A DNA stretch of 64,000 nt, from positions 744,001 to 808,000 of the forward strand of contig VJWM01000118.1 in the NCBI GenBank assembly GCA_010909165.1, read 5' to 3'. Position numbers and translations under genes: made by a program. The notes below the pieces were generated by a model. That model saw nothing but the letters and a program-made list of their open reading frames with translations, was not told the DNA's origin and made no database searches. Source of the DNA: Anthoceros angustus (taxonomy: Eukaryota > Plantae > Anthocerotophyta). Below are positions 62,978 to 64,000 of this stretch, piece after piece. Positions within the stretch are counted from its first letter, which is position 1. Every line of letters begins with the position of its first letter.

Positions 62978-64000
62978 TTCTCCCAGAGTTCCCCCTTAGT
63001 GAATCGAAAAAGTGCCCAACAAAGCGAAGAAGAGGAAGATAGCTGCTGCCCAGATTTGACGGCGCTTGTGCTGGATTGGATTGCTTCAAGCTGCAGCAGT
63101 GGTGTCCCGAAAATATGACCGTTCACCGTTCCGTGTTCGTGGCAAGTATTCCACGGTCCCGATCCAGGGTCACCTGAACTGGACCCTGCTGGTAGCCTTT
63201 CTGATGATACCCCCACCATGCCTCAATAGATAAGGAGCGTCCCAAGGCATTGAGGTTTTGGATGTGGCTCATAATCCTTGTTGGGAGTTCAGGATGCACT
63301 CCTCAACGCCCTGATTGAGTGCCTTCCCGACTTGCAAGAGGTGGATGGAGTTCCTGTTTGAAAACTCGAAACGGTTTGCCGAGACGAGGTAGGATAGCTC
63401 CTTCTTTGCTTGGGGTCCGCAATGACCTTACGACTGCTTCCTACTGAGCCATGGCTTGTGAACCCCAGCCCGTTCGATCCCGCTCTTGGAGGTGAGGGCT
63501 CTGACGGAGGTGCAGAGGCTGAATACAGTATCCGGTTCTTGCAGCTGATTATACTTTTCTGGAAGAGTTATAGAGGACACTGTCTTACAATCCAGTGATG
63601 GATGCGGCACCTGGTCATCCTCCAACATCAGGCTTCTTGACAGATTCAGTGGGACACCTCTAGTGGTAACTAAGAATCAACCGTAGGCATGTGGAGTGAC
63701 TTGCCACAATTCCACATAGATCATGTCAAAGGCTAGGCATGTGCATGGACTGCCACAATTCCAGAGATCATGTCAAAGGCTTGAATAGCAAGACATTGTT
63801 GTAAGGGTTGGGAACCATGTGCATTGCTGGTTGTTGCAGTTGTAAGGGTGGACGTGATAGTTAGTGACAACACATATGATAAATATAATATTTATATATA
63901 AAATCACATCGGATAATATCTATGATTTTAGAATGAAAATAATGAAAAATAAATATAATAATACTTATATAATTTTAATAACATCATAAATATAAGATTT

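Larger units (their letters stand above)
60881..64000. repeat. ~1693-bp near-tandem duplication carrying the SLX1 fragments
   Basis: 60894 aligns with 62587 and 61130 with 62823. Includes a 49-bp internal repeat (61991, 62040) and an AT-rich tract. Confidence 0.92.

Noticed and set aside
31440-64000. Helitron, CACTA or MULE termini around the mosaic
   Set aside because: No hairpin plus CTRR end in an A/T site, no CACTA ends and no long TIRs or transposase were found by eye.

Overview
Plant nuclear DNA: short GT-AG introns, TTTAGGG repeats, a PPR remnant and TORNADO1-like ROCO genes. The compact layout suggests a lycophyte such as Selaginella (inference only). The left part (1-29 kb) is mostly single-copy: a large GTPase-Cys/His-rich-vWA gene with an internal ~2.05-kb tandem duplication, a pogo-like end with telomeric and 66-bp repeats, divergent SAP18 and APC10, a TPR gene, an atypical E2F/DEL-like gene and a full-length CstF77. 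From ~24 kb to the end lies a nested set of segmental duplications with two near-complete LRR-ROC-COR (ROCO) genes whose LRR surface positions differ strongly. They are interleaved with stitched, mostly minus-strand fragments of CstF77, SLX1 (GIY-YIG), delta-COP and an ABC1 kinase, plus a plus-strand PPR remnant. A short SINE-like element occurs four times. Duplicated segments carry many 1-2 bp indels while SAP18 and APC10 read intact, so frameshifts may be real decay or polishing errors in repeats. No rRNA, tRNA or CRISPR array was recognised. All homology calls come from motif recognition, not database searches.
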